Part shown: one piece after another, positions 62,986 to 64,000 of the stretch
Position numbering within the stretch: the stretch's first letter is position 1
Layout: each line of letters opens with the position of its first letter
From: Paraspadella gotoi
Lineage: Eukaryota; Animalia; Chaetognatha
Length of the DNA: 64,000 nucleotides
Direction: 5' to 3'
NCBI GenBank assembly: GCA_051294375.1
Contig: JBJCIZ010000282.1
Location: 386,880-450,879 of the forward strand
Translations under genes and position numbers: made by a program
Notes under the pieces: generated by a model
Databases searched by the model: none
What the model was told of the DNA's origin: nothing
Seen by the model: only the letters and a program-made list of their open reading frames with translations

Positions 62986-64000
62986 TTTTAGATAAAGTGA
63001 AGAATACCTTATAATGACATACAACTGTCACATGTGCATCAGCTAATGTTGACAGGTTTAGGCCTATTACCTGTATGTATGTATGCTAGGCGAGTCTTAC
63101 GTCGTTCTTAGAAATCGAGGAAAGACTTTTCAAGGAGATTTCGTTAAAATCTTGACTACCAAAAATAATGTCAAACGCCCTGGAAAATCCAGATAAAAAA
63201 TAGATGTACAAAAACACTTGATTCGCATCCCTGTTACATCTCTAAGGGCTCGGCATTTTTTTCTCTTGATTAAATAACCATCTTTTGACATCAAACCATC
63301 AGGATTCAAATGGACTGGTCGCTCGGAAAATATTTTCCACGTGATTTTTATTATATTAAAATTAAAGCGATTTCTTCACTTCAATACAAGTCACGCATTT
63401 AAGGGTATGTTGTCATTTACAATAAACTTCACAATTCAAGCGCAATCAGATAGCCATATGTCTGAAGGGCTCGCAAAAATTTCTTCTTTCAGTTGTTATC
63501 TTTCAGTCATTTACATATCTAATGGTTCAGGTTAAAGTGAATAGTCAGTTATTATCGCGAAATTTTTTATTTAACATACATATTTAACTATAAAATTAAA
63601 GAAGAGAAGAATGAAATTCATTTATTTAATACGAATAAAGGAAAAATCTTTTTCATCAGCGTTACTTAGCAAAAACGATGTTCTTTTTTTTCCTTGTTTC
63701 TTGAATTCAGCTGAACAAGTGCAGCAGCGGCTCCGGGACACTCTTAAAGCCGACAAGCAGCAGTGGCCAGAGTTGCAGAGCAGCATTAATCGCGCCCTTG
63801 CGACATGCCGGATCAAGGATCGGCATCGGTTCATTCCGGGCCGAGTCTCAACTGCGCGGTCAAAGAATATTTTGGTCTCCTTGCAGTCAATTTGACAAAT
63901 GTATCACGATGAGGTCATGGCTTGAATGAAGAAGTGGCACGGAAGATCCGGATTTCTTTTCTCGACGAACCCGCCGAATTTGTCCGGACTGCCGCCCGAT

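Overview
AT-rich, (GA)n-rich, repeat-dominated eukaryotic (probably invertebrate animal) draft sequence with many homopolymer-type indels and five gaps: 25 N at 10249, 45545 and 60666, and 100 N at 36668 and 56161. No complete conventional host gene is visible. Main contents: (1) a frameshifted Polinton/Maverick-type protein-primed DNA polymerase B (~20.8-25.5 kb, minus) with orphan neighbours, including a spliced type-I membrane mucin-like gene; (2) two large inverted copies (~0.46-11.3 kb and ~37.3-45.4 kb) of a multi-kb unit with ~330-bp direct repeats, a coiled-coil ORF, a fold-back Penelope GIY-YIG fragment and, in the left copy, a downstream minimal hammerhead-like motif; (3) a second Penelope-like fold-back with hammerhead-like motifs at 34.2-34.8 kb; (4) several Helentron/DINE-1-like non-autonomous elements, nested or carrying inserts; (5) two exons with Cys-rich ephrin-receptor-like (GCC2/GCC3) repeats; (6) Ty3/gypsy and BEL/Pao remnants, a tRNA-derived SINE and several minisatellites. 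The large inverted architecture spans a 100-N scaffold gap and may be partly an assembly artefact. All family calls come from motif recognition by eye, not from database searches.
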